A stretch of 32,019 bases of DNA from a bacterium. Its GTDB lineage: Bacteria > Sysuimicrobiota > Sysuimicrobiia > Sysuimicrobiales > Kaftiobacteriaceae. The stretch is from positions 1 to 32,019 of the forward strand of contig JBIOWP010000063.1 in assembly GCA_044868695.1 (NCBI GenBank), given 5' to 3'. A program made the translations under genes and the position numbers. Shown piece after piece: positions 24,203 through 32,019 of this stretch. Every line of letters starts with the position of its first letter. Position 1 is the stretch's first letter. Below the pieces are notes generated by a model that made no database searches, was not told where the DNA came from, and was given only the letters and a program-made list of their open reading frames with translations.

Positions 24203-26365
24203 TTATCTCACTGTCGCGCTCGCCTCGTTGCTCCGCAGCGACTCATTATCGGCCGTATCAACTGCGGTGACAACGTAAAAGTAAGTCAGCCCTACGGTAA
24301 GCCCGCCGTGGCGGTAACTGCTCCCCGTTGAGATGTCGACGAACTCGTACGGCCCGCCGGCTGTTGTCGCGACGTAGATCTTGTAGTGAGAGAAATCCGG
24401 CTCGGTATTATCCGCCCAGTCAAGGTCGATCGATCTGGGTTTTTTCGCGTCTCGCGCCGTCAGGGCGCTCGGCGCCGCCGGGGGAGTCGTGTCTCCTCCC
24501 GACCCACCCGAGGCTGTCCAGTCGCTGTCAAATACGTCTTTGAGGTAAAGGTACGCGTCGTTGCTGCGTACCTGAAGCGCCGTCTCACGGTTGACCTTCG
24601 AGGAGGTCTCCGACCCGTTGATGCTGCCGACGTGCACGTAGCCGCTGCCGGCCACGCTCACCAGCACCATCTTGTTGTGGATGCCGCTGCCCGCCGGATC
24701 GCCCAGCCGCGTCTCGAGAGTCAGGTGCTCGGTCTGCGCGATGCCGTTGACATAGGCGGCCGTGGCCGCGTTGCCCCGCGGATCATTGGGATCGTCGAAG
24801 AACCTGTCCAGCAGGATCCGCACTGCGGCCCCGCGCCGCGCCGCTGCGATGTATTCCTCCAGCCGTGGGTTGGGATCGATGGTCGGGTTGCTGGTCGACG
24901 GCCCCCAATACTTTCGCTCATACAACTGCTCAACCAAGATAGTGTCTCCAGCGCCCGCGCGCTTGACCAGTCCGATAAGAGCGTCCGCATCCCGCAGGCA
25001 GTTCTCGGGGCACTGCACCACTTCGAATTCGAACGTGCCGAACAACTGCAGCGGCGTCGGCTTGACGAGCGTGTAACAGGTGCCGCCTGAGGATCGGTTG
25101 GGCTGGAAGCCCGCCGGTGGCGCCCCGAAGTTCGGGTCTGAGGCCGTCCACCGGAACAGATCCTTGTGGTTTGCCGGATCCAGGTCGGCCGCGAAGATGT
25201 TCTTGAAGTGGTTGACGAGCGATGGGGCGGTGGAGTAGAAGTACGCGCCGCGGTTCCCGCACGTGCCGTCTGCTTTTGAGTCCGAGGGCATTCCGCCATA
25301 GTTCGGGTTTTCTGATCCGATGAGCAGATTATTGCCGTCGACGACGAAGAACTTGGCGTGCTGGAAGGTGTACCGGTCGTGGACGTCAATGGCGTCGTCG
25401 TTGTACATGAAATACACCTGGCCGCCCGCCTGCTCGATCTGCTGCGCCGCCCAGCGCTCCTGGTCGGCGATGCCGCTGACGGGCTCACCCTCCAGCAGCA
25501 CGCGCACGGTGACGCCCGCCTGCTGGCGGGCGACGATCGCATCCACCAGGTCGGCGTTCTCCATCGTGAACGTTTGCAGGTCGATGGACGTTGTGGCGCT
25601 GTTGATGATATTCCTGACCTCCTCATAGACGTGGTCGGGCGCCACCATCACGCGCAGCTCGCCGTTCTCGGTCACCTTCTTGGTTTGAAGGAATGTGTAG
25701 AGGTCCCACCCGGGATACTGGACCTTCTTGCCGTTGATGTCGTCGTCTTTGGTCTGCGCCCAGTCCGCCGCGGTGTCAGTGTCCGCCACGGGAAGCGCCG
25801 TGCTCTGCGCAAGTTTCCGATACAGGATCTGGCCTTCAAGACCGAAAAAGCCGTTGTCGTACGGCTGGACGGCGGCGCCGCTCCAGCCGGGCTGGCCGGT
25901 GTTCCCGGCCTTGTACACGACCGCGTCGACAATCTGGCTGCTGGGGTTGAGCAGCACCACCTCGTCACCAGTGTTGGCGAGCGTCGGCGCGGTGCCGGTC
26001 ATGTCGGGGACGGTGGGATCGGAGTTCCCGGCATACTCGAAGTTCGGCTTGAACCCAAACTCGGCAGTGAAGGAGGTCGCGGCCCTGGTCGCCCACACCC
26101 GCTGGCCGGCGCCGAGGACATAGGCGGGAAACGTCACTGTGCCCTCATTGTCAGTGATTTTCCAATTCAGCAGATCGATGCCCGCGGCGCCGATGTTAGT
26201 GATCTCAACGGCTTCTTCCGGTTCGTTCGTCAGGTAGGGATCAAACAACACCGCGGAGATGACGAGAGAAGTGGACGTGGCTTCCGACGGTCCAACGCCG
26301 GAAGCCACCGTGGCGCCAGCGACGACAAGGGCAAGCAGTACCGACCATACCTTATGCATCGTCAT
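24203..26365 (-). CDS. Secreted lamin-tail-domain / phospholipase D-superfamily / fibronectin type III protein
   Basis: Signal peptide; LTD (LVISAVLFDP...EAVEITN..IDL.NWKITD, LANTGDEVVL); PLD motifs HAKFFVVD..IGSEN and HNKMVLVS..GSING..NRE; C-terminal FN3 (DTTPPAAP..TYFYVVTAVD..NES..S). Confidence 0.88.
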   Translation of the reverse strand: MTMHKVWSVLLALVVAGATVASGVGPSEATSTSLVISAVLFDPYLTNEPEEAVEITNIGAAGIDLLNWKITDNEGTVTFPAYVLGAGQRVWATRAATSFTAEFGFKPNFEYAGNSDPTVPDMTGTAPTLANTGDEVVLLNPSSQIVDAVVYKAGNTGQPGWSGAAVQPYDNGFFGLEGQILYRKLAQSTALPVADTDTAADWAQTKDDDINGKKVQYPGWDLYTFLQTKKVTENGELRVMVAPDHVYEEVRNIINSATTSIDLQTFTMENADLVDAIVARQQAGVTVRVLLEGEPVSGIADQERWAAQQIEQAGGQVYFMYNDDAIDVHDRYTFQHAKFFVVDGNNLLIGSENPNYGGMPSDSKADGTCGNRGAYFYSTAPSLVNHFKNIFAADLDPANHKDLFRWTASDPNFGAPPAGFQPNRSSGGTCYTLVKPTPLQLFGTFEFEVVQCPENCLRDADALIGLVKRAGAGDTILVEQLYERKYWGPSTSNPTIDPNPRLEEYIAAARRGAAVRILLDRFFDDPNDPRGNAATAAYVNGIAQTEHLTLETRLGDPAGSGIHNKMVLVSVAGSGYVHVGSINGSETSSKVNRETALQVRSNDAYLYLKDVFDSDWTASGGSGGDTTPPAAPSALTARDAKKPRSIDLDWADNTEPDFSHYKIYVATTAGGPYEFVDISTGSSYRHGGLTVGLTYFYVVTAVDTADNESLRSNEASATVR

Positions 26366-26414
26366 GCGGCCCTCCTTATCTCGAGTCCCACATAGCCCTA
26401 TCTTGAGTTTTTCC

Positions 26415-26439
26415 CTCCTAACCCGTTCCTAATCCCTAT
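26415..26439. repeat. Degenerate TCCCTAA heptamer array
   Basis: CTCCTAA cccg TTCCTAA TCCCTAT. Confidence 0.4.
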
Positions 26440-26450
26440 GCGGTTCGTCT

Positions 26451-26517
26451 GTTATTGCGAGGCCCGAGAGTCGCCGTCATTTGTACTCGCGAGGCGCGAA
26501 GCGCCGTGGCGATCTCC
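26451..26517 (+). repeat. REP-like palindromic repeat: degenerate partial copy followed by copy 5
   Basis: GTTATTGCGAGGCCCGA... (26451-) then GTACTCGCGAGGCGC-GAA-GCGCCGTGGCGATCTCC (26483-26517). Confidence 0.75.
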
Positions 26518-26521
26518 TAGG

Positions 26522-26742
26522 CTGGTGCAGGATCTGGCCTCGCTCCGCGGACTCGGCCGATCGAAGCAAACTGGACTTGCGCCCCGCCGGCCGGAGCCCC
26601 TGAACCACGCACTGCGTTTGGGTTCAGGGCCAGAGTTGCTTCGGCCGCCGTCTGCGGCCATGTACCCAAGCGGAGCGAGTGGTACGTGGCTGCCCTGAGC
26701 GAAGTCGAAGGGACGCTGCGCTCGGCTCAGATCCTGCACCAG
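26522..26742. mobile_element. MITE-like element with 15-bp perfect terminal inverted repeats
   Basis: CTGGTGCAGGATCTG (26522-26536) and CAGATCCTGCACCAG (26728-26742); several internal hairpins; no credible ORF. Confidence 0.55.
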
Positions 26743-26776
26743 TTGCCAGCCTACCGTCGCTTCCTGTCTGCTGATG

Positions 26777-26792
26777 GTATCAAATGTGATAC
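26777..26792 (+). promoter_or_regulatory. Palindromic operator candidate upstream of the XRE regulator
   Basis: GTATCA-AATG-TGATAC in an AT-rich patch about 30 nt before the ATG. Confidence 0.5.
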
Positions 26793-26822
26793 ATTCTTCT
26801 TGGTTAGGCGGAGAGGGCAAAG

Positions 26823-27401
26823 ATGAAAGAGATACCCAAGAGTTTGAGGGACTGCGTCTACGACGCCGAGAGAGAAGAGTTTCTTGTCACCTTTCGTGAT
26901 GGACGTATGTACAGACTCCCCAGAGGTGTGCTTCCAGAGGATGATGGGACAGAGATTCTCAGCGTCCAGGTCGAGCGCGATGGCTCGGCGTTTGTGGTTC
27001 GGCAGAGATCGGGGAAGTCGTTCGAGGTCCCCTGGGACTTTGTGCTGCACCACCTGGAACCGGGGTACGCGTACTTCAAGGGTGGGTCCTCCCAAAGGCT
27101 GCTTGAGAAAGACATGGCGGTTCGAATCGGCCGGAGGCTGCGTGGCCTTCGCGAGGAGAAGGGGTTCACAGCTGATGAGCTTGCCCGGCGCTCGGGGATG
27201 CACCGGCCGAACGTCACTCGAGCGGAAAGTGGGAAGCATGTCCCGAGCGTCGATACCCTCGTACCGCTTGCCCGTGCGCTAGAGGTCTCGCCAGCGACCC
27301 TGGTTTCGGATCTTTGGAGATCTGATGTAGCCCTGCGCGAACGGGGGCCGAGATATCGGACGAAGCGGTTGAGGCGAGGGCGCCTAAGAAGGTCGAATTG
27401 A
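26823..27401 (+). CDS. XRE/Cro-family HTH regulator with an N-terminal DUF2442-like beta-rich domain
   Basis: C-terminal IGRRLRGLREEKGFTADELARRSGMHRPNVTRAESGKHVPSVDTLVPLARAL; N-terminal 'FLVTFRDG..YRLP' resembles DUF2442 (tentative). Confidence 0.8.
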   Translation: MKEIPKSLRDCVYDAEREEFLVTFRDGRMYRLPRGVLPEDDGTEILSVQVERDGSAFVVRQRSGKSFEVPWDFVLHHLEPGYAYFKGGSSQRLLEKDMAVRIGRRLRGLREEKGFTADELARRSGMHRPNVTRAESGKHVPSVDTLVPLARALEVSPATLVSDLWRSDVALRERGPRYRTKRLRRGRLRRSN

Positions 27402-27407
27402 AGCGGG

Positions 27408-28256
27408 TCACTTTCGACGTGACGAATCCGTGGTGGAGCGCCTATACGGCTTGAGCCACTCCGGTTCCTTCCCGTGAAACGCCTGAGCCAATGATGTTGC
27501 GCAGGGGCAGGTGCGCTCGGCCGGCAAATGGTTGAGGGCGGTGATCGTGGCCTGCTCTATCTGCTGCTGGAGCCCCGACTTGAGATAGAAGTCGAACATG
27601 CTGCCCTCGCCCACGTGGACCACGGCCGGCGCCAGTCCGGCTCCGTAATTGATGATGCCGGAGATCGACGCGTAGCATATCTCGGCTTCCCGCGCGAAAA
27701 CGACTTCAGGCACGAGCGGCGTCCCGACGATGTCGCCGCCCAGCTGCTGAAACATCCTGATCTCGGTCGGCGTTTCGAAGCGCGGCCCCTCAAAACAGAC
27801 GAAGACCCCCCGGTCGATCACTCGATCAGACACGTCCTGCGCCCCCGCGACGAGCGCTAGGCGCACGTGCGGGCAAAAGGGTTCGGTCATATCCACCCGC
27901 ACCCAGCACTCTTCTTCATCGAACAGCGAGCGTGGGCGGGACTTCGTATGATCGATGAAATCGTGCGGAATGACGATGTCCCCCGGCCGCAGCATTGGGT
28001 TGATCGAGCCGATGGCGTTCTGAGAGATGATGCGCTCCACGCCCAGTATCTTGAACGCCCAGATGTGCGCCCGATGGTTGATCTTGTGTGACGGGACCGT
28101 CATGTCCGGTCCGTACCGCTGGATGCATGCCGTTTGCCGCCCGCCCATCATGCCCACGAAGACCGGAACGTTTCCAAACGGCGTCTCTATCACGCGGGTT
28201 TCCACGTCGGTGAGGAAATCGCGGCGAAAATGGAAACTCGACAGCAAGCCTATCAT
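27408..28256 (-). CDS. MTAP/PNP-family nucleoside phosphorylase
   Basis: ETPFG, PSHKINHRAHIWA, AIGSIN..LRPGDIVIPHDFIDHT, VDMTEPFCP, EGPRFETPTEI, PEVVFAREAEICYA, C-terminal CPC. Start set at ATG 28256. Confidence 0.88.
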   Translation of the reverse strand: MIGLLSSFHFRRDFLTDVETRVIETPFGNVPVFVGMMGGRQTACIQRYGPDMTVPSHKINHRAHIWAFKILGVERIISQNAIGSINPMLRPGDIVIPHDFIDHTKSRPRSLFDEEECWVRVDMTEPFCPHVRLALVAGAQDVSDRVIDRGVFVCFEGPRFETPTEIRMFQQLGGDIVGTPLVPEVVFAREAEICYASISGIINYGAGLAPAVVHVGEGSMFDFYLKSGLQQQIEQATITALNHLPAERTCPCATSLAQAFHGKEPEWLKPYRRSTTDSSRRK

Positions 28257-28413
28257 GTTTCCGACAACCTTCCCTTCTCTTTTCGATACAGTCGCAGGCC
28301 CTGTTCGCGCAGAACAATGCGCGGACCTGCCCTCGCGAAGAGGAGCAGGGGCGTTTCGGAAGAAAAGGCAAGGGACTCCATTGTCCACTCGTACACCACA
28401 GGAGGCTCTGACC

Positions 28414-30021
28414 ATGACCCGCTTCATGCCGCGTCCCTTCACGGCAACCCGGTTCTTGCTGGCCATAGTGATCGCCGCATTACTGACCGTGACCGTCTCG
28501 GGACAATCGGGGCCCCCGCGGCGTGGAGGGACCATCGTCGTGCTCATCGGCGGGGATCCCCCGCTGTTGAATCCACACTTTTCCACGCTCCCCTGGGTGT
28601 CGATGGTCAGCATGGCAGTCTTCAACACCCTCGTCGTGCTCGACCCGAACATGAAGCCTTTCCCGGGTCTCGCGGAATCCTGGAGCGTGTCTCCCGATTT
28701 GAAGACCTACCAGTTTACCCTCGCTGAGGGCGTGAAGTGGCATGATGGTCGGCCGCTGACAAGTGAGGATGTAAAGTTCACATTTGAAGAGGTCGCAGCC
28801 AAACTGAATCCGAATGGTCCGATCGCGTTTCGCGGGTTGGACCGTGTGGACGCGCCCGACTCGCGGCGCGTCGTCGTGCGGTTCTCTCAGCCGCATCCTG
28901 CCTTCTTGCAGTATCTCGGCTGGCCCATTACCGGAGCGGTGCTGCCGAAGCATATCTACGAAGGCACCGACATCCGGCGGAACCCCGCGAACTTGAAACC
29001 GATAGGCAGCGGTGCGTTCCGGTTCGTGGAGTGGAGCCGAGGCAGTACCATAACGCTGGAAAAGAATCCGGACTACTTCCGGCAAGGACGGCCCTACCTC
29101 GACCGTGCCGTCTTCCGAGTGGTACGGGATTCTGCCGCGCGTGTGATCGCACTGCAGAATCGGGAAGTGGACTTCATCTTGGGGTTCGATCTGCCCCTAC
29201 GCGATAGCATTCAAGTGCGGCGAAGCCGCAACCTGAAAGCGATCTTCAACATGGACCGGGCCATCTCGGGCCAGCTGTTCATCGGCCTGAACACGTCCAA
29301 GGCTCCGTTCAACGATATCCGTGTTCGGCAGGCCGTGGCCCACGCGATTGACAAAAACATCATCTGGCAGCGTATCTTCTTCGGGTTGGGGGGCATCGCC
29401 ACCGGTCCGGTCTCGGAGTACATCGGCCCCCAGTACAACCGGAACGTTCCAAAGTATAACTACGATCCCCAGCGGGCCAACCAGCTCCTCGACGAAGCGG
29501 GACTGCCCCGCGGGCCTGACGGGTTCCGAACACGACTTCCGTTTACGGTGGACGCCAGCTCCGCAGAATTCATGCGCATTGCGGATATTGTCCGAGAGCA
29601 GCTCGCTGCTGTCGGCATCGATGTGACCATAGAAGCGTTCGATTTCAACACCTGGTTTGACAAGGTGTATGTGAAACGAGACTACGACATGTCCACCGGG
29701 CGCCGGCTCACCGGTCCCGACGCCATCTTTGCAATGTTCCGAGAGTTCCACTCGAGCAACACCCAGCCGGCGCAGCGCAACTACTACCTCTACCGCAGTG
29801 CAGACGTGGACAGCGCGGTGGAGCGAGGGTTGGTCGAGACCGATCCGGCGAAGCGGCTTCAGGCCGCCCACCAACTCCAGGTGCTCATCGCCCGGGATGT
29901 CCCAAACATCTTCCTGATGGACACCCCGCAGCCCAATGCGTACCAGAGCGCGTTCATGGGACTGGACAACAGTCCGTGGGGCGCGGTGCGGCTCGAGGAG
30001 GCCTGGTTGAGCAGCCCGTAG
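28414..30021 (+). CDS. ABC transporter substrate-binding protein, family 5, cassette 3
   Basis: SD GGAGG at 28401; signal peptide; LAESWSVSPD..YQFTLAEGVKWHDGRPLTSEDV, PIGSGAF, VRQAVAHAID. Confidence 0.93.
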   Translation: MTRFMPRPFTATRFLLAIVIAALLTVTVSGQSGPPRRGGTIVVLIGGDPPLLNPHFSTLPWVSMVSMAVFNTLVVLDPNMKPFPGLAESWSVSPDLKTYQFTLAEGVKWHDGRPLTSEDVKFTFEEVAAKLNPNGPIAFRGLDRVDAPDSRRVVVRFSQPHPAFLQYLGWPITGAVLPKHIYEGTDIRRNPANLKPIGSGAFRFVEWSRGSTITLEKNPDYFRQGRPYLDRAVFRVVRDSAARVIALQNREVDFILGFDLPLRDSIQVRRSRNLKAIFNMDRAISGQLFIGLNTSKAPFNDIRVRQAVAHAIDKNIIWQRIFFGLGGIATGPVSEYIGPQYNRNVPKYNYDPQRANQLLDEAGLPRGPDGFRTRLPFTVDASSAEFMRIADIVREQLAAVGIDVTIEAFDFNTWFDKVYVKRDYDMSTGRRLTGPDAIFAMFREFHSSNTQPAQRNYYLYRSADVDSAVERGLVETDPAKRLQAAHQLQVLIARDVPNIFLMDTPQPNAYQSAFMGLDNSPWGAVRLEEAWLSSP

Positions 30022-30034
30022 ATAGACGCGGAAC

Positions 30035-30056
30035 CTGCGCGTTTCGGAAACCGCAG
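30035..30056 (+). other. Hairpin 3' of the SBP gene, abutting the permease start
   Basis: CTGCG-c-GTTT-CGG-AAAC-CGCAG. Confidence 0.5.
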
Positions 30057-30057
30057 C

Positions 30058-31023
30058 ATGAGTGTCTTCATCGCACGACGCCTCCTGCAGGTGGTCCCGG
30101 TCATCCTGGCGATTGCCATCCTCACGTTCCTGATCGTCCACCTGGCGCCTGGAGACCCGGTCAACATCTTGCTCGGGGAGTACGGCTCGACGCCTGAGTT
30201 TCGCGAGCAGATCCGGCGTGACTACGGGCTGGACCGGCCCACCCTGGTGCAGCTGGGCGTGTACCTGCGGCATGTGCTCACCGGTGACCTGGGATTCTCG
30301 TTCTACTTCAATCAGCCCGTGGTCGACCTTGTCCTGCAGCGGCTTCCGGCGACGATCTTGCTGATGGGGACGCAGCTCATCTTCGCGCTGATAGTGGGCG
30401 TGACGCTGGGTGTCGCGGCCGCGCGCCGCCCCTATTCGGCGCTCGATAATGCCACGACCTCCGTGGCCCTCGTCGGCTACTCCATGCCGGTGTTCTGGAT
30501 GGGGCTCTTGCTGATCCTGTTGTTCAGCACGCGGTTGAGTCTCTTGCCGTCGGGAGGCATGACATCGGCTCGTGAGCACGTTACAGGCGCCGCCGCCGTT
30601 CTCGACGTGCTGCGCCATCTCGTGCTGCCCGCGTTCACCCTGGGGGTGGCGAATCTGGCGCTGTACGCCCGGTTGACGCGGACAAGCATGCTCGAGGTCC
30701 TCTCCCAGGACTACATCCGGACCGCCCGCGCCAAAGGGCTCGGCGAACGGCAGGTCACCCGGCGCCACGGGCTGCGCAACGCGCTGCTGCCGGTTGTCAC
30801 GATCACAGGGGTCGACCTGGGCCGCATGATCGGAGGCGCCATCCTGACCGAGACGGTGTTCGCATGGCCGGGGGTCGGCACCCTCACGTTCACGGCCCTG
30901 CAGACCAGAGATTACCCCGTCATCATCGGCATTTTCATATTCCTGGCTACCGCCGTCATCCTCGCGAACCTTCTGGTGGACGTCGCGTACAGTTTCGTTG
31001 ATCCGCGCATCCGCTATGGATGA
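30058..31023 (+). CDS. Dpp/Opp-family ABC permease (DppB-like), cassette 3
   Basis: PGDP, YGLDRP, GDLGFS, DYIRTARAKGL, ETVFAWPGVG, RDYP, DPRIR. Confidence 0.93.
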   Translation: MSVFIARRLLQVVPVILAIAILTFLIVHLAPGDPVNILLGEYGSTPEFREQIRRDYGLDRPTLVQLGVYLRHVLTGDLGFSFYFNQPVVDLVLQRLPATILLMGTQLIFALIVGVTLGVAAARRPYSALDNATTSVALVGYSMPVFWMGLLLILLFSTRLSLLPSGGMTSAREHVTGAAAVLDVLRHLVLPAFTLGVANLALYARLTRTSMLEVLSQDYIRTARAKGLGERQVTRRHGLRNALLPVVTITGVDLGRMIGGAILTETVFAWPGVGTLTFTALQTRDYPVIIGIFIFLATAVILANLLVDVAYSFVDPRIRYG

Positions 31024-31921
31024 ACGGGCAGAATCCATCGGGGGCCTCCGCTCGAGCCCGGGTTCCGCTCGAAGGGCCATCGGGCCGCGGAGGACATTTA
31101 TACAGCGGTTTGCTCGTAACCGCGCCGCAGTGGCGGGAATGGCGATGCTCACGCTTCTGGTGACCGCGGCAGTGCTGGCCGGCCTGCTGAGTGCTGAGTC
31201 GCCTCGTGCCATGGGCGACAGTCCCCTCGGCGCGCCGACGCTTCGGCACCCGTTCGGCACAGATGACCTGGGTCGCGATATCTGGGCTGGGGTGCTCTAT
31301 GGCGCGCGGGTCTCGCTGGCCGTCGGCATGCTCGCCGCGTCAACGTCAGCCGTCATTGGCATGACCGTGGGAGCGGTTGCTGGATACTACGGAGGCCGTT
31401 TGGACGATGTGCTGATGCGTACCACCGAATTCTTTCTGGTGATACCGAGTTTCCTCCTGGCGCTCGTTCTCGTGGCGGTGACGCGTCCGAGCATCTGGAA
31501 TGTCATCTTGACGATCGGGTTGCTGGGGTGGCCGGGTACGGCCCGGCTGGTACGCGCCGAGTTCCTGTCGCTGAAGGAACGCGAGTTCGTGATGGCGGCC
31601 CGATCGATCGGCGCGAGTTCGGCTCGTATTGTCCTGCGCCAGATCCTTCCCAGCGCCGCTCCGCCCGCGATCGTGACCGCGTCCCTCGGCGTTGCCACGG
31701 CGATTCTGGTTGAAGCCGGGCTCTCATTCTTGGGCCTCGGCGACCCCAACCTCTTCTCCTGGGGTCTGATGCTGCGCAACTCCAGGGACTTCTTGCGGAT
31801 CGCCTGGTGGATGCCGACGTTTCCAGGTCTGGCGATCTTCCTCACCGTACTCAGCGTGAACATGGTGGGCGACGGATTGAACGATGCCCTGAATCCGCGG
31901 CTGGTTCAGCGCGGTCTGTAG
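31016..31921 (+). CDS. Dpp/Opp-family ABC permease (DppC-like), cassette 3
   Basis: HPFGTDDLGRD, FVMAARSIGA, GLSFLGLGDP..SWG, GDGLNDALNPR; ATG 31016 overlaps the DppB end. Confidence 0.93.
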   Translation: MDERAESIGGLRSSPGSARRAIGPRRTFIQRFARNRAAVAGMAMLTLLVTAAVLAGLLSAESPRAMGDSPLGAPTLRHPFGTDDLGRDIWAGVLYGARVSLAVGMLAASTSAVIGMTVGAVAGYYGGRLDDVLMRTTEFFLVIPSFLLALVLVAVTRPSIWNVILTIGLLGWPGTARLVRAEFLSLKEREFVMAARSIGASSARIVLRQILPSAAPPAIVTASLGVATAILVEAGLSFLGLGDPNLFSWGLMLRNSRDFLRIAWWMPTFPGLAIFLTVLSVNMVGDGLNDALNPRLVQRGL

Positions 31922-31964
31922 ACGTCGTGGGCTGGGGAAGCGGAGCTGGGAGGAGAGGGAGTCA

Positions 31965-32019
31965 ATGGATCTGTTGCTGCGAGGGTTGGCGATTCTGCCC
32001 TGCGAGGGGCCATTTATCC
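31965..32019 (+). CDS. Partial CDS running off the window; possibly an amidohydrolase-superfamily N-terminus
   Basis: Purine-rich SD (GGAGGAGAGGGAG) then MDLLLRGLAILPCEGPFI; this resembles amidohydrolase N-terminal strands, but only 18 codons are visible. Confidence 0.4.
   Translation, partial: MDLLLRGLAILPCEGPFI

Noticed and set aside
27408..28652. Extended overlapping ORFs for the MTAP-like gene (to 28652) and the SBP (from 28027)
   Set aside because: Family homology and SD sites support starts at 28256 and 28414, leaving a normal divergent spacer.

Overview
GC-rich bacterial window with four parts; the organism cannot be identified from the sequence alone. (1) An HtrA/S1C protease (172-1152, +). 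(2) A ~19 kb tightly coupled minus-strand cluster (20070->1160): a small GatC/AtzG-like protein, an amidase, two tandem Dpp/Opp-type ABC cassettes without ATPases, an SDR, an M28 peptidase, a ketopantoate-reductase-like enzyme, an aspartoacylase/AstE-like deacylase, a Gfo/Idh/MocA oxidoreductase and a complete ascorbate-family (Asc/UlaA) PTS with its own HPr and Enzyme I. (3) An accessory stretch (20.1-27.4 kb): a bactofilin-like membrane protein, a spermidine-synthase-like protein, a clan AA aspartic protease, an RHH/RelE-ParE toxin-antitoxin pair, a secreted lamin-tail/PLD/FN3 protein and an XRE regulator, interspersed with covarying palindromic repeats and a ~220 bp MITE-like element. (4) An MTAP-like phosphorylase divergent from a third Dpp-type ABC cassette. 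The main feature missed by the ORF track is a probable selenoprotein: an OsmC/Ohr-fold gene (23716-24180) with an in-frame UGA at the catalytic Cys position followed by a SECIS-like hairpin, directly behind the TA pair. Also notable are same-orientation GTCA...C-GAA-G...ATCTCC repeats bracketing small genes and TCCCNNN heptamer arrays that read as G-quadruplex motifs on the coding strand.
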